DNA of 32,765 bases from Candidatus Bipolaricaulota bacterium (GTDB taxonomy: Bacteria > Bipolaricaulota > Bipolaricaulia > UBA7950 > UBA9294), in assembly GCA_034715975.1 (NCBI GenBank), contig JAYEFP010000111.1, positions 1 to 32,765 of the forward strand, in the 5' to 3' direction. Numbering within the stretch: the stretch's first letter is position 1; each line of letters starts with the position of its first letter. Made by a program: the position numbers and the translations under genes. Of the stretch, positions 17,458-27,026 are shown one piece after another. The notes under the pieces were generated by a model, which was given only the letters and a program-made list of their open reading frames with translations, did no database searches and was not told the DNA's origin.

Positions 17458-17920
17458 TGAAGTGCACCCCTCAAGCTAGACACGTTGGGGCCGAGATTGA
17501 TACGTGCCATGGAGCCGACGTAATCGCTTGTTCAAACTCCACCGGACTGACATAACCAAAGTGCCGAATGCAACCGTTCTTGATTGTATATCAGTTCGAT
17601 GAATTCGCCAATCTTCTCCTTCACTTCCGTAAACGTCTGGTACTCCGAAACATAGACTTCCTCAACCTTCAATGTCTTCATGAAGCTCTCTGCTTGCGCA
17701 TTGTCATAGGATTCCCTTTGCGAGACATGCTGATAATGAACTTGTGTTCCTCGATGATCTCTATGTAGTCATCTGCTGCATACTGCACACCACGGTCGGA
17801 ATGGAATACACCCAGCAGAAGGGTGCCGCGCAGCAATGGCTGCCCTAAGCGCGGCACAGGTGAGTGCAGCATTAATGTGTCGCGACAACGCCCAACCAAC
17901 AACCCGACGTGAGTAGCCCT
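17458..17920 (-). mobile_element. IS3-family remnant: frameshifted DDE integrase core plus one terminal inverted repeat
   Basis: Across frames: YSRRVVGWALS, FHSDRGVQY, SMSRKGNP, DNAQAESFMKTLKVEEVY, YNQERLHSA. Terminal TGAAGTGCACCCCTCAAGCTAGACA at 17458-17482. Confidence 0.88.
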
Positions 17921-17988
17921 GAAGGCCTCCCTCCGTGGCTGGAGTTCGTTGGGGCCGAAGCCTGGCCCGGAAAGGGGGATTCGGCAGT

Positions 17989-18037
17989 TCAATCATTCAA
18001 TCACTCACTCGCTTAATGACTCACTTAATAACTAACT
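17989..18037. repeat. Degenerate 4-nt-period tandem repeat
   Basis: TCAA TCAT TCAA TCAC TCAC TCGC TTAA TGAC TCAC TTAA TAAC TAAC. Confidence 0.6.
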
Positions 18038-18102
18038 TCGCCAAATCGCTCTCTCAGCTATCGTTGCACCCATTCTGCCTCTGTAGTACCCTCTTAGTCA
18101 TC

Positions 18103-19095
18103 ATGCAAAGCTCCACAATGACTGATCACAATGGATATTCCGCATCTTCGTCCCTCATTATCGTCCCTCATGGAACCGACAGGATAACCGAAGGACGGAG
18201 GCGCGCAGCGTTGCTGCTGGCGCGTTCATCCCAGGAGGAGGATCTTGTCATCCGGGGGGCACATCCCGACTTGATAGAGCTTTCCGCCCCAGCAGGAAAG
18301 GAAAAGATCGGGATCGCACAGGTGCGCGAGGTGATTCACCAGGCACAGTTTGCCCCCACGCAGGCTCGTCAGAAGGTGTGCCTCCTGCCGCGCGCGGAGC
18401 AACTAACGATGGAGGCAGCAAACGCCCTGCTTAAGGTGCTGGAAGAGCCGCCGCGTGGCCTTGTCTTCCTCTTCCTTGCTGAAAACCCAGGTGATCTTCT
18501 GGCGACGATCGTGTCGCGTAGCCAGATTATCCGCGAGCGACCAAGCATCGATGTGGACAGCGTCTCCCGCCTGACCCAGGTCGGTTATGAGGAAAGGGAA
18601 GCTCATTACATTGTTGACACAGTGGAAAATGAGAGCGAGCTGGAACAATTCATCGCTCATCCGATCGACCTTGCACACGCAAAGAAGGAAGCGTCGCAAG
18701 TGGCGGCGGAGGCGACGGGGACTGAACTCATCACCCTTGCCCGCGGGAACGATTCGATCGTTCGACGTGCTGCTGCGTCGCGCCTCCTTCTTCGGCTTAC
18801 GGAGGGCGATCGCGAGCTCGCTGTCACGGGGGCGATTGCCGCCGCTCGCGCCGGTCGTGACGCTGCCGCACGGCTCCTGGCCAATCTTATTTCGATATCG
18901 TTCTCTGCGTTGCGTGAAGCGATCGAAAAAGAAAGTGCTCCTCGTACCGATCGATTAGGGCTGTTATCGATCGATCCGGCAGTTTGGGGCGTCACCTGCC
19001 GCCGCATTCAACGGGCACAACGGGGACTGGATCGCTATACTTATCCTGATGGGGTCTTCTTGTCGCTCTTTCTTAGCGTAGTCCGAGGTGAATAA
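18103..19095 (+). CDS. holB: DNA polymerase III delta-prime subunit-like protein
   Basis: HPD, AANALLKVLEEPP, TIVSR. Adjacent to a PSP1 gene as in the conserved holB-yaaT pair. Start moved to 18103 behind TTGCAC-17-TACCCT (18064-18092). Confidence 0.82.
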   Translation: MQSSTMTDHNGYSASSSLIIVPHGTDRITEGRRRAALLLARSSQEEDLVIRGAHPDLIELSAPAGKEKIGIAQVREVIHQAQFAPTQARQKVCLLPRAEQLTMEAANALLKVLEEPPRGLVFLFLAENPGDLLATIVSRSQIIRERPSIDVDSVSRLTQVGYEEREAHYIVDTVENESELEQFIAHPIDLAHAKKEASQVAAEATGTELITLARGNDSIVRRAAASRLLLRLTEGDRELAVTGAIAAARAGRDAAARLLANLISISFSALREAIEKESAPRTDRLGLLSIDPAVWGVTCRRIQRAQRGLDRYTYPDGVFLSLFLSVVRGE

Positions 19096-19916
19096 TGGCT
19101 GAAGAAAAGATATTTCTCGTGCGCGTTCTCGATATGGAGAGAGATAGTGGGTACTTTCACGCCCAGTCAGAAACGTTTGCCGCGGGCGATCGCTGTATCG
19201 TTGACCACAACGGCCTTCACATGGGCATCGTGATGAGTGTCCTCGCCGCGGGGGAGGGGATCGGCAAGCAGCTCGAACACCTCGTCCGCAAGGCAACGGC
19301 AAGCGACATGGACGCGTATGCCCACAACCAGGCCGAGGCCGAGCGGGTGCTCGCTTCAACGCGTGAGGTAATCGTGAGCCACGATCTGCCGATGCACCTC
19401 GTTGCCGCCGAGTACACGATCGATCGCGCACACTTGCGCATCTACTTCACGGCGCCTCATCGGATCGATTTTCGCGCCCTCCTGCGCGACCTCGCTGGAC
19501 GCTTTGGCGTGCGCATCGAGCTGCGCCAGATGGGGGCACGCGACGAGGCTAAGCTGAAGGGGGGAATCGGCCGCTGTGGCCGCGTCCTGTGTTGCCACCA
19601 GTTCTTGCACAATCCAACGCCCGTCCCGATGGAATTTGCTTACGATCAGGAGCTGTTTGTTCCTCCAGAACGGATAACGGGCGTCTGCGGACGCCTCATG
19701 TGCTGCCTGGCCTACGAGCATAACGCTTACAAGGATGAACTCGCAGGGATGCCCAAGCTTGGCACGTGGGTAAGCTACAAGGAGAAACGGGGAAAGGTGA
19801 TCGCCCACAACATCTTCAGACACACAGTCACGCTTCTCACTGGGGAGCACGACCGGATCGAGGCGGAGCTTGCGGACATCAAGACCCTTCCTACGTCACG
19901 GCGACAGAGGGATTAA
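19095..19916 (+). CDS. ricT: PSP1-domain Fe-S protein (RicT/YaaT)
   Basis: RIDFRALLRDL, RIELRQ.G.RDEA, GRCGRVLCC, GVCGRLMCCLAYE. Confidence 0.92.
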   Translation: MAEEKIFLVRVLDMERDSGYFHAQSETFAAGDRCIVDHNGLHMGIVMSVLAAGEGIGKQLEHLVRKATASDMDAYAHNQAEAERVLASTREVIVSHDLPMHLVAAEYTIDRAHLRIYFTAPHRIDFRALLRDLAGRFGVRIELRQMGARDEAKLKGGIGRCGRVLCCHQFLHNPTPVPMEFAYDQELFVPPERITGVCGRLMCCLAYEHNAYKDELAGMPKLGTWVSYKEKRGKVIAHNIFRHTVTLLTGEHDRIEAELADIKTLPTSRRQRD

Positions 19917-21222
19917 TCCGGCCGCCCTTGCTCATAAGACGCATTAGATCCTCTTTGGACAAGGTGGCTGTAATCTCGATTCCTTCCTTGGTGTAGCCAC
20001 AAATCGTCACCCTCTCCCGTCGCGAAAGGTTGTGCAGCTCCTGCATCATGCTGTAGGGGAGGAGGAGGGAAACGTCGCTCTTGCCCTGAGAGAGAGTCTC
20101 CTGTATGCGCGCGAGCAAGACATCCATGTTCTCGCCGTCACTTGCCGAAATGAAGACAGGCTTGTGAAAGGCTTCCGTGTCTATATCTTCTTGGGATGTG
20201 AGGTCAATCTTGTTCAGCACATCGATGAGCGGCGGACGCTGATCATCGCTTGCGAATACCTCATGATCGAGGGTGGCAATGACGGCTTCATGGTCCTCGA
20301 TACAACTCGAACGGGAGGAATCAACTACGTGAAGGATCAGATCCGCATCACGCACCATCTCCAGTGTGGAGGCAAAGGCCGGGATCAGTTGGTGCGGAAG
20401 CTTACGGATGAATCCGACGGTGTCTACGAACAGCGCCCACTGCGTGGTTCCGATTTTTCCCCGCCTGACGGTTGTTGTCAGAGTTGCGAAGAGCTTGTCC
20501 TCAACAAGCACGTCTGCCTCGCAAAGCCGGTTGAGAAGCGTCGACTTCCCGCTGTTTGTGTACCCGACGAGGGCGATGAGTGGGAGAGGCCCCGTGCGAC
20601 GCTTCTTGCTACGCAGCCCGCGTTCGCCGCGAGCCTTAACGAGTCGATCTTCGAGCGTGTGGATGCGACGATTGATCTTATTGCGATCGAGTTCAAGCTG
20701 CGTTTCACCTGGTCCTCTCGTCCCGATCCCTCCACCGAGCCGGGAGAGAGCGTTTCCCCAGCCGCGCAGCCGTGGGAGGAGATAGCGGAGCTGCGCAAGC
20801 TCCACCTGCAGCTTTGCCTCCTTTGTTGCCGCTCGCTGGGCAAAGATGTCCATTATTAGCTGCGCGCGATCGATCACTTTCGTCTTCATCTTCTCTTCGA
20901 GGTTCCTCGCCTGAGCTGGGGAGAGCTCATCATCGAAGATAATTACGTCCGCGCCCAGCTCGTGCGCTGCCGCCTTTACCTCGGCCATCTTTCCCTTACC
21001 GATGAAGAAGGATGAATCTGGCCGCGTGCGGTTCTGCACTACCTCAAGGAGTGTTGGAATTCCTGCCGTGGAAGCGAGGGCCGTGAGCTCACGCAGGGAT
21101 TCGTCGACCTTGCTCCCAGGTGTCTGTATTGCAACGAGGATTGCCTTTTCACTTCCATAGATGCGCGCCCGCTTTCCAAGGTGATCCTCGGGGAGAAGGG
21201 GCCTTCTAGCTAATTCGTTCAA
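19891..21222 (-). CDS. hflX: Ribosome-splitting GTPase HflX
   Basis: GTRGPGETQLE, GYTNSGKST, LFATL, DTVGF, NKID. TTG 21222 follows GGAGG. Confidence 0.96.
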   Translation of the reverse strand: MNELARRPLLPEDHLGKRARIYGSEKAILVAIQTPGSKVDESLRELTALASTAGIPTLLEVVQNRTRPDSSFFIGKGKMAEVKAAAHELGADVIIFDDELSPAQARNLEEKMKTKVIDRAQLIMDIFAQRAATKEAKLQVELAQLRYLLPRLRGWGNALSRLGGGIGTRGPGETQLELDRNKINRRIHTLEDRLVKARGERGLRSKKRRTGPLPLIALVGYTNSGKSTLLNRLCEADVLVEDKLFATLTTTVRRGKIGTTQWALFVDTVGFIRKLPHQLIPAFASTLEMVRDADLILHVVDSSRSSCIEDHEAVIATLDHEVFASDDQRPPLIDVLNKIDLTSQEDIDTEAFHKPVFISASDGENMDVLLARIQETLSQGKSDVSLLLPYSMMQELHNLSRRERVTICGYTKEGIEITATLSKEDLMRLMSKGGRINPSVAVT

Positions 21223-22453
21223 TTGCGCCTCCAACGCCGCGAAGTTTCTGTGCCAGACTCTCGTACCCGCGGTCGATCTGCTCTAGGTTGTCGATTGTGC
21301 TCTCACCCTTTGCGGCCAGGGCAGCAAGGATGAGTGCCGCACCGGCACGAATGTCGGGCGCGCTCGCGGCGGCCGCGTGTAGTTCATCGACTCCGGCAAT
21401 CACCGCTCTTCGCTCGCGCACGTCTATTCTTGCCCCCATCATGCGCAGGGTCGAGGTGTAGTTGAACCTATTCTCGAAGATCCGTTCTTCCACGATACTC
21501 TCTCCTTCGGTCAGGCTCAACAACGCGACAAGTGGAGGCTGTAAGTCCGTTGGAAAACCTGGATAGGGAGCGGTGGCCGTCTTGATCGGCTGTGGGCGTC
21601 CGTTCATCGCAAGTGTGATTGCATCATCAGCCTCGTCGATATCACAACCCGCCTGCGCAAGGAGGGAAAGAAGTGACCGCAAGTGCTCGGGGATGATTTG
21701 CTGTACCGTAACCGCGCCATTGGTGATTGCCGCGGCAAGGAGGTACGTTCCCGCTTCCATACGATCAGGGATCACGGCATGTCGTGCACCATGCAGGCCA
21801 ATTGTCCCTTGGATATAGAGTGATCCGTTCCGGTATTCGATCTCTGCACCCATCTTCCCGAGTAAGCTCACTAGGGCCATGACCTCCGGCTCCCATGCGG
21901 CGTTTTCGATCACCGTCTCGCCTGCGGCGAGTGTGGCACTCATCGCGATCTGTTCCGTCGCGCCCACCGATGGGAAGGGGAGGCTGATCTTCGCTCCGCG
22001 TAAGCGCTTGGCTATGAGGGTGACCGCGTTTTGCCCTTCGCTCACCTGTGCCCCGAGTTTTCGTAGACCGAAGAGGTGAAGGTCAACGGGGCGTGCGCCG
22101 ATCTTGCATCCACCAGGTAGGGGAACAACAGCACGGCCAAGACGAGCAACGAGCGGACCGAGGACGAGAAAGGAAGCGCGCATCTGTTCAACGAATGCCG
22201 CCTGCGCCTCAGAGTGGAGATCCTCCCCTCCCGCTATTGACACACTGTTCTCGTCTCGCACAACGCGCTTCCCGAGTGAGGAGATGGTGGAGAGGATCGT
22301 GGAGACATCGCGCAGGTGCGGCACGTGATCGATTATGACCTGTTCGTCGGTCAATAGGGAGGCAACACACGCCGGGAGCGCGGCATTCTTCGCGCCAGAG
22401 ATAGGAATTACTCCTGAGAGCGGGCGACCGCCCCGGATTACAAAGTGCTCCAT
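21206..22453 (-). CDS. murA: UDP-N-acetylglucosamine 1-carboxyvinyltransferase
   Basis: GAKNAALP, MRAS, LPGGCKIGARPVDLH (catalytic Cys retained), PYPGFPTD, DRGYE. Confidence 0.97.
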   Translation of the reverse strand: MEHFVIRGGRPLSGVIPISGAKNAALPACVASLLTDEQVIIDHVPHLRDVSTILSTISSLGKRVVRDENSVSIAGGEDLHSEAQAAFVEQMRASFLVLGPLVARLGRAVVPLPGGCKIGARPVDLHLFGLRKLGAQVSEGQNAVTLIAKRLRGAKISLPFPSVGATEQIAMSATLAAGETVIENAAWEPEVMALVSLLGKMGAEIEYRNGSLYIQGTIGLHGARHAVIPDRMEAGTYLLAAAITNGAVTVQQIIPEHLRSLLSLLAQAGCDIDEADDAITLAMNGRPQPIKTATAPYPGFPTDLQPPLVALLSLTEGESIVEERIFENRFNYTSTLRMMGARIDVRERRAVIAGVDELHAAAASAPDIRAGAALILAALAAKGESTIDNLEQIDRGYESLAQKLRGVGGAIERIS

Positions 22454-23475
22454 TAGCTAGGGAGGTAGCGCTGCGGGTCGACGGGGAACTCTCCGTTTCG
22501 TATCTCAAAGTGCAAATGGGGACCGGTGGAAAGGCCCGTGTTTCCTGACTCGGCGATCGGTTGTCCAACCTCGACGAACTGTCCCTTGGAGACGAGTACG
22601 CTTGAGATATGTCCATAAATGGTTAAGTAGCCATCAGCGTGCTGGAGGACGACCGCCGTTCCATATCCTTCAGGGTCATCATAGATCTGAGACACAGTCC
22701 CCGGCGCTGCAACGCGCACCATGGTTCCAACAGGAACGTCGATATCGATCCCGTTGTGATGATGTCGCGTTCCGAGGACCGGGTGGATACGCCACCCAAA
22801 CGGAGAGGTGATTTCTCCCCCCAACGGCCAGATAAACCTCGCATTCTGCCCATGCGAGAGACGAATAACCGCTTGCCACAGGTTGGCAGTCGCCTCAGGG
22901 ATGAGGATTCGCTGTCCAGCAAAGATGCGCCCGGGATCGGTGATCCCGTTGGCCTGCGCGATCTTATCGATCGATACGCCGTAAGTGATGGAGATATCGG
23001 TCAGCGTCTGGCCGCTCTTGATCATGTGCACTAGCCCATCGGATGAGGCATAGAGGGTCTCCCCCGCAGTGATCGCGCCGATGGAGACAAGGTTGTTGTC
23101 CGCCATGAGCTCTTCGGGAGTGACGCCCATTTGAGAAGCGATCTGGTTAAACGTCTCCCCTTCTGCCGCTACGTGCGTGAGAATTGCAGGACTTGTTGAA
23201 GTGACCTGCTCCCCCGGAGTTTCATCGCTCACATCTTCGCCTGGCAAACCATCGATATCGGCTGGAGTCGCCTCATCGTCAGACGGTGGTTCTGTCAACG
23301 GGGTCACATCAATTGGGCCAGGTGTGGCCTCTGCTGGCTGTGTCGTAGTTACTGTCGTTTGTTTGCTTGGCTTCGATCCCCCGGAACTGAGGAGGATGGG
23401 AATCAAAATAACGGCAACAAGAACGAGGAGCGCCAACAACACACGATCTTTGCGAATCGGCTTTTTCTCAGTCAC
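22453..23475 (-). CDS. LysM-containing M23 family peptidoglycan endopeptidase
   Basis: N-terminal TM, P/T/E linker, two LysM repeats, HNGID, YGH, STGPHLHFE. Confidence 0.93.
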   Translation of the reverse strand: MTEKKPIRKDRVLLALLVLVAVILIPILLSSGGSKPSKQTTVTTTQPAEATPGPIDVTPLTEPPSDDEATPADIDGLPGEDVSDETPGEQVTSTSPAILTHVAAEGETFNQIASQMGVTPEELMADNNLVSIGAITAGETLYASSDGLVHMIKSGQTLTDISITYGVSIDKIAQANGITDPGRIFAGQRILIPEATANLWQAVIRLSHGQNARFIWPLGGEITSPFGWRIHPVLGTRHHHNGIDIDVPVGTMVRVAAPGTVSQIYDDPEGYGTAVVLQHADGYLTIYGHISSVLVSKGQFVEVGQPIAESGNTGLSTGPHLHFEIRNGEFPVDPQRYLPS

Positions 23476-24718
23476 TACTCATCAGCTCGAGGAATTGCTC
23501 GTTATCCTTCGTCGCCTCCATCTTACTCTTTACAAACTCCAACGCCTTCTGCGTGTCGTTCAAGTTACTCATCATCTTACGCAGAATCCACACGCGATTC
23601 AATACCTTTGCCGGAATGAGGAGTTCCTCCTTCCGCGTGCCGCTCTGTTCAACGTCGATCGCCGGATAGATTCGCTTGTTCGACAGATTGCGATCGAGGA
23701 TCAGCTCCATGTTTCCTGTCCCCTTGAACTCTTCAAACACAACCTGATCGAGCTTGCTCCCCGTGTCGACGAGCGCGGTGGCGATGATCGTCAGGCTTCC
23801 ACCTTCCTCGATGTTTCTCGCCGCCCCGAAGAACTCCTTCGGTTTGTAGAGAGCGGTCGGGTCCATTCCTCCAGAGAGGAGCTTCCCGGACGAGGGAACA
23901 GAAAGGTTGTAGGCACGTGCCAGGCGGGTGACCGAGTCCATGAGAATCACCACATCGTATCCCGACTCCACCAGTCGTTTCGCTCTGTTGGTAACGATCT
24001 CGGCGATGCGGGTGTGGTGTCGTGGTTCCTGGTCGAAGGTTGCGGCTATGACCTCTCCATTATCTATCGAGCGGCTGAAGTCGGTGACCTCCTCCGGTCT
24101 CTCGTCGACCAGGAGGACGAAAAGCTTTATCTCGGGGTGGTTGGCATTGATTCCCTTGGCAATCTTCTTCAGGAGGGTCGTCTTTCCCGCTTTGGGGGGG
24201 GAGACGATCAGCCCGCGCTGACCTTTTCCGATGGGGCAGAAGAGATCGATGATCCTTGTGGAGATATCCTCGGGATCATACTCCAACCGGAGGTGTGTAT
24301 CAGGGTGAAGCGGAGTCAGATCGCGGAAGATTGGCCGATGGCGCGATTCCTCTAGGGTCATCCCGTTTATAGCTTCCAGTTTGAGGAGGGCAAAGTATCG
24401 CTCATCCTTCTTGGGAGCGCGAATTGGTCCGGTGATGAGATCCCCGTTTCGCAGACCAAAACGCTTGATCTGTGAAGGCGAAGTATAGATGTCATTCCTT
24501 GTAGGAAGACAGTTTTCGTTGCGCAGGAAACCGTAGCCATCGGGTAGGATCTCCAGGGGGCCATCGCTGAACCGAAGTTCGTTCTCCTTCGCCAAGTGGA
24601 CCATGATCGAACGCAGGAGATCCTCCTTCCTGAGATGCGTTCCATCCTTTATCTTCAAACCCTTTGCGGTTTCCTGGAGCGAATCGATCTTCTCTGTGCG
24701 TAATTCTTTTAGTTCCAT
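23468..24718 (-). CDS. rho: Transcription termination factor Rho
   Basis: [48 protein letters not shown]. Confidence 0.98.
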   Translation of the reverse strand: MELKELRTEKIDSLQETAKGLKIKDGTHLRKEDLLRSIMVHLAKENELRFSDGPLEILPDGYGFLRNENCLPTRNDIYTSPSQIKRFGLRNGDLITGPIRAPKKDERYFALLKLEAINGMTLEESRHRPIFRDLTPLHPDTHLRLEYDPEDISTRIIDLFCPIGKGQRGLIVSPPKAGKTTLLKKIAKGINANHPEIKLFVLLVDERPEEVTDFSRSIDNGEVIAATFDQEPRHHTRIAEIVTNRAKRLVESGYDVVILMDSVTRLARAYNLSVPSSGKLLSGGMDPTALYKPKEFFGAARNIEEGGSLTIIATALVDTGSKLDQVVFEEFKGTGNMELILDRNLSNKRIYPAIDVEQSGTRKEELLIPAKVLNRVWILRKMMSNLNDTQKALEFVKSKMEATKDNEQFLELMSSD

Positions 24719-24730
24719 AGTTGTATCACC

Positions 24731-25729
24731 TCAAACATGAATTCCTCGATAGATGATTAAGCATATGCTTACAAGGTAAGCGACCAGGATGAGGGCAGCG
24801 TTGCCCCCCATCCCCAAAACGCGGCGCTTCGAGCGGTAGACGATCGCGGTTGTTGCGATCGCGGTTATTCCTATCCCTAGGCTCGCCAAGATTAACTGGT
24901 CTGTAACACCGTCTTTCAAGCTGGCGAAGATGGAGCCGCGGCGGAAGGCGACGTCGGCGAAGAAGACGGTCAGGATATTGAACATATTCGACCCGAACAG
25001 GTTCCCGAGGATCATGTTGTAGGCCTTAATCTTGAGGGCTCCGATCGAGGTGGCAAGCTCGGGAAGAGAGGTGACGATCGCGACCAGAATCGCTCCCATG
25101 AAGGAAGTCGAAAGAGCTGTCTCTTCGGCGATTGCCTTGCTCGCGTGGATGAGGAATATCCCGGAGATGATGATCACCACGCCGGAGAAACAGAACCCGA
25201 CGATCGCCCGTCTGAGCCCCATCGTCTCTTTCGTCTCCTCGGCCTCTCCGCCATCACGCCTCTCTATGCGATAGAGGAGGAAAACCCCAAAGACATAGGT
25301 GAACAGGATAATGAGACTGACCGGGTTCACCCCAAGGATCGCTGCATTCGGGGCGACCGTGATCCCCAGCATGACGAGGACGGTGAGGATGATGGCGATC
25401 CCCCCGCTGGCAGCGTGATAGGGTTTGACCAGGAGCAGGAACGGGCCGCGGCCAAGGAGGATGATATCCATGACAACAATGATGGCGATGTTGAACAGGT
25501 TGCTCCCCAGCGCGTTCCCCAACGCAATATTGGGGACACCGATCGTGGCCCCGGTGATGGTCGTCGTCAGCTCCGGGATCGAGGTGATCGTCGCCAGGAA
25601 GAGGAGGCCGATCCAGCCTTGTCCAATCCCGGTCCGCTTTCCCAGTGCCTCGCCGAATGAGGCGAGCTTGATCCCGGCAAGGATAATCGCCGTTGAGGTA
25701 AGAAGAAACGTGATCCATTGGATTAGCAT
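24731..25729 (-). CDS. Ca2+/cation antiporter (CaCA, YrbG-like)
   Basis: Two alpha repeats, TSIPEL...GNALGSN and TSLPEL...GNLFGSN. About 10 TM segments. Confidence 0.9.
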   Translation of the reverse strand: MLIQWITFLLTSTAIILAGIKLASFGEALGKRTGIGQGWIGLLFLATITSIPELTTTITGATIGVPNIALGNALGSNLFNIAIIVVMDIILLGRGPFLLLVKPYHAASGGIAIILTVLVMLGITVAPNAAILGVNPVSLIILFTYVFGVFLLYRIERRDGGEAEETKETMGLRRAIVGFCFSGVVIIISGIFLIHASKAIAEETALSTSFMGAILVAIVTSLPELATSIGALKIKAYNMILGNLFGSNMFNILTVFFADVAFRRGSIFASLKDGVTDQLILASLGIGITAIATTAIVYRSKRRVLGMGGNAALILVAYLVSICLIIYRGIHV

Positions 25730-25753
25730 CAGGTAATCAGACTCCTCGAGTCA

Positions 25754-25795
25754 AACCTACGGGTTGGACCCAACATGTTGGAACCAACGCGTTGG
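25754..25795. repeat. Three tandem 14-bp palindromic units upstream of the antiporter
   Basis: AACCTACGGGTTGG / ACCCAACATGTTGG / AACCAACGCGTTGG. Confidence 0.75.
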
Positions 25796-25867
25796 TACCC
25801 ATCGATACGTGTGAAACTCATGTGTGATCCGATCAACATTCACTTCGTGCAACTTCCTTGAAGTGTG

Positions 25868-26290
25868 TTACTCGATCTTGACGACTCGCCGCGCATGCCG
25901 ATCGCCGTCAAACGGAGTGGAGAGCCACTTCTCGACGATCTTCTCCGCCATACCACGTCCAATCACCCGTGCCCCGAAGCAGAGCACGTTGGCATCGTTG
26001 TGCCTTCGACTCATCTCGGTCGAATATGGTTCGCTGCAGCGCGCAGCACGAATTCCCTTCACCTTTCCAGCAGCCATCGCCATGCCAATCCCCGTGCCGC
26101 ATATGAGGATCCCACGTTCGACCTCACCGCGCGCCACAGCACGTGCTACAAGCTTTGCTATATCGGGATAATCCACGGATTCCTTGGAATTTGTCCCCAC
26201 GTCGGTAACCTCGTGCTCCTTGAGGACAGAATCGAGCAGGATACGCTTCAAATCCACTCCAGTATGGTCACAACCGATCGCTATTTTCAC
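25868..26290 (-). CDS. rpiB: Ribose-5-phosphate isomerase B
   Basis: GCDHTG, DYPD, ICGTGIG, RRHNDANVL, RHARRV. Confidence 0.95.
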   Translation of the reverse strand: MKIAIGCDHTGVDLKRILLDSVLKEHEVTDVGTNSKESVDYPDIAKLVARAVARGEVERGILICGTGIGMAMAAGKVKGIRAARCSEPYSTEMSRRHNDANVLCFGARVIGRGMAEKIVEKWLSTPFDGDRHARRVVKIE

Positions 26291-26294
26291 AATC

Positions 26295-26930
26295 TCAGAC
26301 CTTCTTGAACAGCCACTTGATCATGTCTCCGTACATCTTGAATCGTTCACGAATGCCATTTGAGAACCCACGCTTCTCTTCTTTGAGAACGTGAGTAACT
26401 CCCTCCAGTTTCACTTTTTCCTTGCTCCATCCTTCCTTCACGGCGAGCCTGGACAATGCGAATTCGATCCCGTAGTTCATCTCGTGTACGTTTGTTTTGG
26501 CCCGCTCCCACAGTTTCTTGGTCAACATGCGTTGTCCGGAGGCATACGGGTTGAACTTCTGGGCAAAATCCGTGTTCTTGCGTCCGTTGGCAAAAACACC
26601 GACTGCCATGTCGACACCGCTATCTACGTATGTATGAATGAACTTCTCGATATGCGCTTCCGTTAGCCCAACAAGATCCGCATCGAGGAACAGAAGAATG
26701 TCGTTACGGGCACACGTGACTCCTTTGTCGAGTGCTCTTGCCTTGCCGCAGTTCTCCTCTAGCTTGATGACCTGCACCGGGTACTGACGTGCCATATCGG
26801 CCGTTCCGTCCTCCGATCCGTCATCGACGACGATCACCTCATCAACGGCGGAGCAACCAACAAGGGGCTTCAGAACAGCTCCAATTCGAGAGGCTTCATT
26901 ATATGCAGGCACTACTGCGGAAACTTTCAT
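26295..26930 (-). CDS. Glycosyltransferase family 2
   Basis: VPAYNE, VDDGSEDGT, GKARA, FLDADL, SGQR. Confidence 0.9.
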   Translation of the reverse strand: MKVSAVVPAYNEASRIGAVLKPLVGCSAVDEVIVVDDGSEDGTADMARQYPVQVIKLEENCGKARALDKGVTCARNDILLFLDADLVGLTEAHIEKFIHTYVDSGVDMAVGVFANGRKNTDFAQKFNPYASGQRMLTKKLWERAKTNVHEMNYGIEFALSRLAVKEGWSKEKVKLEGVTHVLKEEKRGFSNGIRERFKMYGDMIKWLFKKV

Positions 26931-27026
26931 AGGTTCATGACTCGCGTGGATGAATCGTGGATACAGCGTTATTTATTGACAACATTCTACTCTCTTCCTC
27001 AAAGAAAGTCAATTCGGGACGCAAAG

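Noticed and set aside
17915-17990. Riboswitch or ncRNA in the GC-rich stretch after the IS3 remnant
   Set aside because: Only short stems, with no recognisable aptamer or tRNA motif.
17935-18102. N-terminal extension of holB in the ORF track (also 338-481, 4805-4915, 9324-9380)
   Set aside because: These extensions run through promoters, repeats, hairpins or upstream genes. Better starts lie downstream.
23177-24355. Long + strand ORF of 392 aa (and similar ORFs at 1746-2465, 8496-9251, 20032-20859, 29674-30507, 31586-32275)
   Set aside because: Antisense shadows of well-supported genes, with no motifs or RBS.
25754-25795. Mini CRISPR array
   Set aside because: Units are 14 bp and directly adjacent, with no spacers and no cas genes.
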